A stretch of 39,180 nucleotides of DNA, from the NCBI RefSeq assembly GCF_001186125.1, contig NW_014039724.1, positions 1 through 39,180 of the forward strand. Direction: 5' to 3'. The position numbers and the translations under genes were made by a program. This DNA is from Sphaeroforma arctica JP610. Lineage: Eukaryota. The notes under the pieces were generated by a model. It was not told the DNA's origin. It made no database searches and saw nothing but the letters and a program-made list of their open reading frames with translations. Below are positions 37,401 through 39,180 of the stretch, piece by piece. Position 1 is the first letter of the stretch, and every line of letters starts with the position of its first letter.

Positions 37401-38806
37401 TTCGTAGAACGTAAACATAAACACACACACACACTATATATATATAAATTTGAGAGTTAACCAAACACACCTGCTCCGCATAGGGGATGCCCGCCAGAGA
37501 GCACACTCGGCGATCCGGGCAGGCCATAATGGGCACATTCAGCTGCGAGTCCATGACAACACCATTGACCACACATCTGTTGGGGAATACGAGGATTGCA
37601 TTGAAATGGGTAAGTAGGATTCTTATTACCTCTATACAAGCACGTGTCTATGTATTCACTACACGTACATCGGAGGAAAGAGGATACAGGATGGCAAGAT
37701 ATGCCTCTTTGCGAACAGGAAAGATACCGTCGCAATACAGACACAGAAATATAGGTTCAGTAGAAGAAAAACCCATTTCTTGCATACTTTGTGCATGTCA
37801 ACTCGCATGCAAGAACAAAGGAAAACTGAATAAATATATATACATATATATATATGAGACACATAGATACATACATATACATACATAAATACATACATAA
37901 ACACGTACATTCCAAGGTATATATATGTATATATATATATATACATATACATATATTCATATTCATCAATATCCTACATACACAGGGTAGTCACTACGGC
38001 TGTCTCTCTCATCGAATTGTTGTTCTTTTGGCTCAACCTTCTTTCCTCTGATCTCGGGTGCTATGACTGACACATTGCCAAACGAGTCCGTGATGGCAAT
38101 GCACAGCCCATCGGGCGAGAATCGTCCGTCTGTGATCCCGTCTGTATAGGATCGAAAAAGCAGATGAGAATATGGAAGAGTCGTAAAATATGAATTCAGG
38201 TAACAGATAAGTATGATAGTTCGTATATATATATATATTGATACACTCGTACACACACACACACACACATACATAAATACACACACACACATAAATACAA
38301 ACACATACACATGCACACCACACACACACATATATATACAAATATAAATATATTTATACATTCACAAATACACATATTGACACATGCGGTTCTGAAATCT
38401 GAATCATTGCGCGCTTAATTGGTGCTTAAGTAAGGACAAAACTACAGTCTTGTTTACATGTACACATATATATGTCTATGAACATCTGAAAATAAAGAGG
38501 TATCGAAACAAACTTGTACATTATCTGAATGTGTAGGGCCAGTGATGAATCCTATATTAAAATTAAGTACATTTGAGCTTAATCAGACAATGTACAGATA
38601 AAGTACATACGTGGGCACAGATAAAGTACATATGTGGGTACAGATAAAGTACATACTTGTGTACAGATAAAGTACGTACGTGTATTCATAGTGTAGGGAT
38701 CGTGGTTCCAGATCATTTTTAGGCAAGTGCCTTCGATGATGTCCCACAAGATCAGGCGACCGTCGTGCCCTCCAGACAATACCACACTCGGGTCTGTGGG
38801 GTGCGG
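28485..38806 (-). CDS. BRWD/PHIP-like WD40- and bromodomain-containing protein, 5'-partial. Predicted exons 5'->3': 38806-38680, 38141-37982, 37576-37471, 37000-36866, 36134-35915, 35391-35300, 34947-34575, 34202-34153, 33508-32511, 32106-31961, 31434-31224, 30699-30453, 30117-29987, 29636-29492, 29112-28954, 28568-28485 (stop)
   Basis: WD40 segments [22 protein letters not shown] and [20 protein letters not shown], and the following SDYP...VMDSQ...GIPY, match the BRWD1/BRWD3/PHIP pattern. Three bromodomains follow ([16 protein letters not shown]...[17 protein letters not shown]...[21 protein letters not shown]...NCFLFN). All junctions are GT-AG with phases that chain in frame to TAA at 28485-28487. 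The gene extends beyond the window end. Confidence 0.85.
36330..36533. repeat. ~111-bp-period direct duplication in a BRWD intron
   Basis: aatttaga.actttcggg.taaggacct...ttcagggtttatatt.atcctgaaaagactatacaaac occurs twice. Confidence 0.9.
37075..37235. repeat. ~30-38-bp intronic minisatellite
   Basis: aagcgaacagattgtatataggatctataagtcaac units, about 4 copies. Confidence 0.9.
38588..38679. repeat. ~23-bp minisatellite abutting a BRWD donor site
   Basis: gtacagataaagtacatacgtgg units, about 4 copies. Confidence 0.85.
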
Positions 38807-39180
38807 CTGTATGGGATACATTGGCGTACAGCGAATCATGGTAAGTCGGATTGCCGTATATAGACACCGGTATATACGATTATCGGGATGCTATAGAGAT
38901 ACATAGTCGTCCGTGAGACTACAATACGTTTCCGTACCAACAGCAAGGTATAGACGATTGACGGGTCAGGCTGTATGAGACAATGCTGTATAGACAGAGA
39001 CCACGGGGGTTCATATGATTGTCGTTAAAACGGGTAAGGGTATGAAGAATTGACAGGCGAGACTGGGCGGGACACATTCCTACATACCGGTTGTCCATAT
39101 TATAAACGTATAAACGGTAAGGGATAAACGGCTAACAGGTGAGCTGTATGCGACACATTCCTACATAAGATCACGGTTGT

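Overview
Eukaryotic, intron-rich genomic DNA with GT-AG introns full of (TA)n/(TG)n and minisatellites. The style suggests a protist or unicellular opisthokont, but taxonomy cannot be established from this window. There are two host genes: a complete 6-exon Rab18 GTPase (+, 6579-13001) and the 3' part of a WD40 + bromodomain BRWD/PHIP-like gene (-, 28485 to beyond 38806) that appears to have three bromodomains. Around and between them lies transposon debris: a decayed Mutator/MULE transposase (~0.9-3.6 kb), a Ty1/copia RT-RNaseH remnant (-), a 5'-truncated LINE (-), and a full-length but decayed Ty3/gypsy LTR retrotransposon (16209-23387, 4-bp TSD). The most striking observation is invisible in the ORF track. 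This gypsy element carries a DNA N6-adenine methyltransferase (Dam-like, D-x-F-A ... NPPW) domain between RNase H and a DDE integrase, followed by a chromo-like C-terminal domain. That MTase module is classically associated with tyrosine-recombinase DIRS/Ngaro retroelements, not with integrase-type LTR elements. All domain calls come from manual translation and motif recognition; no database searches were run.
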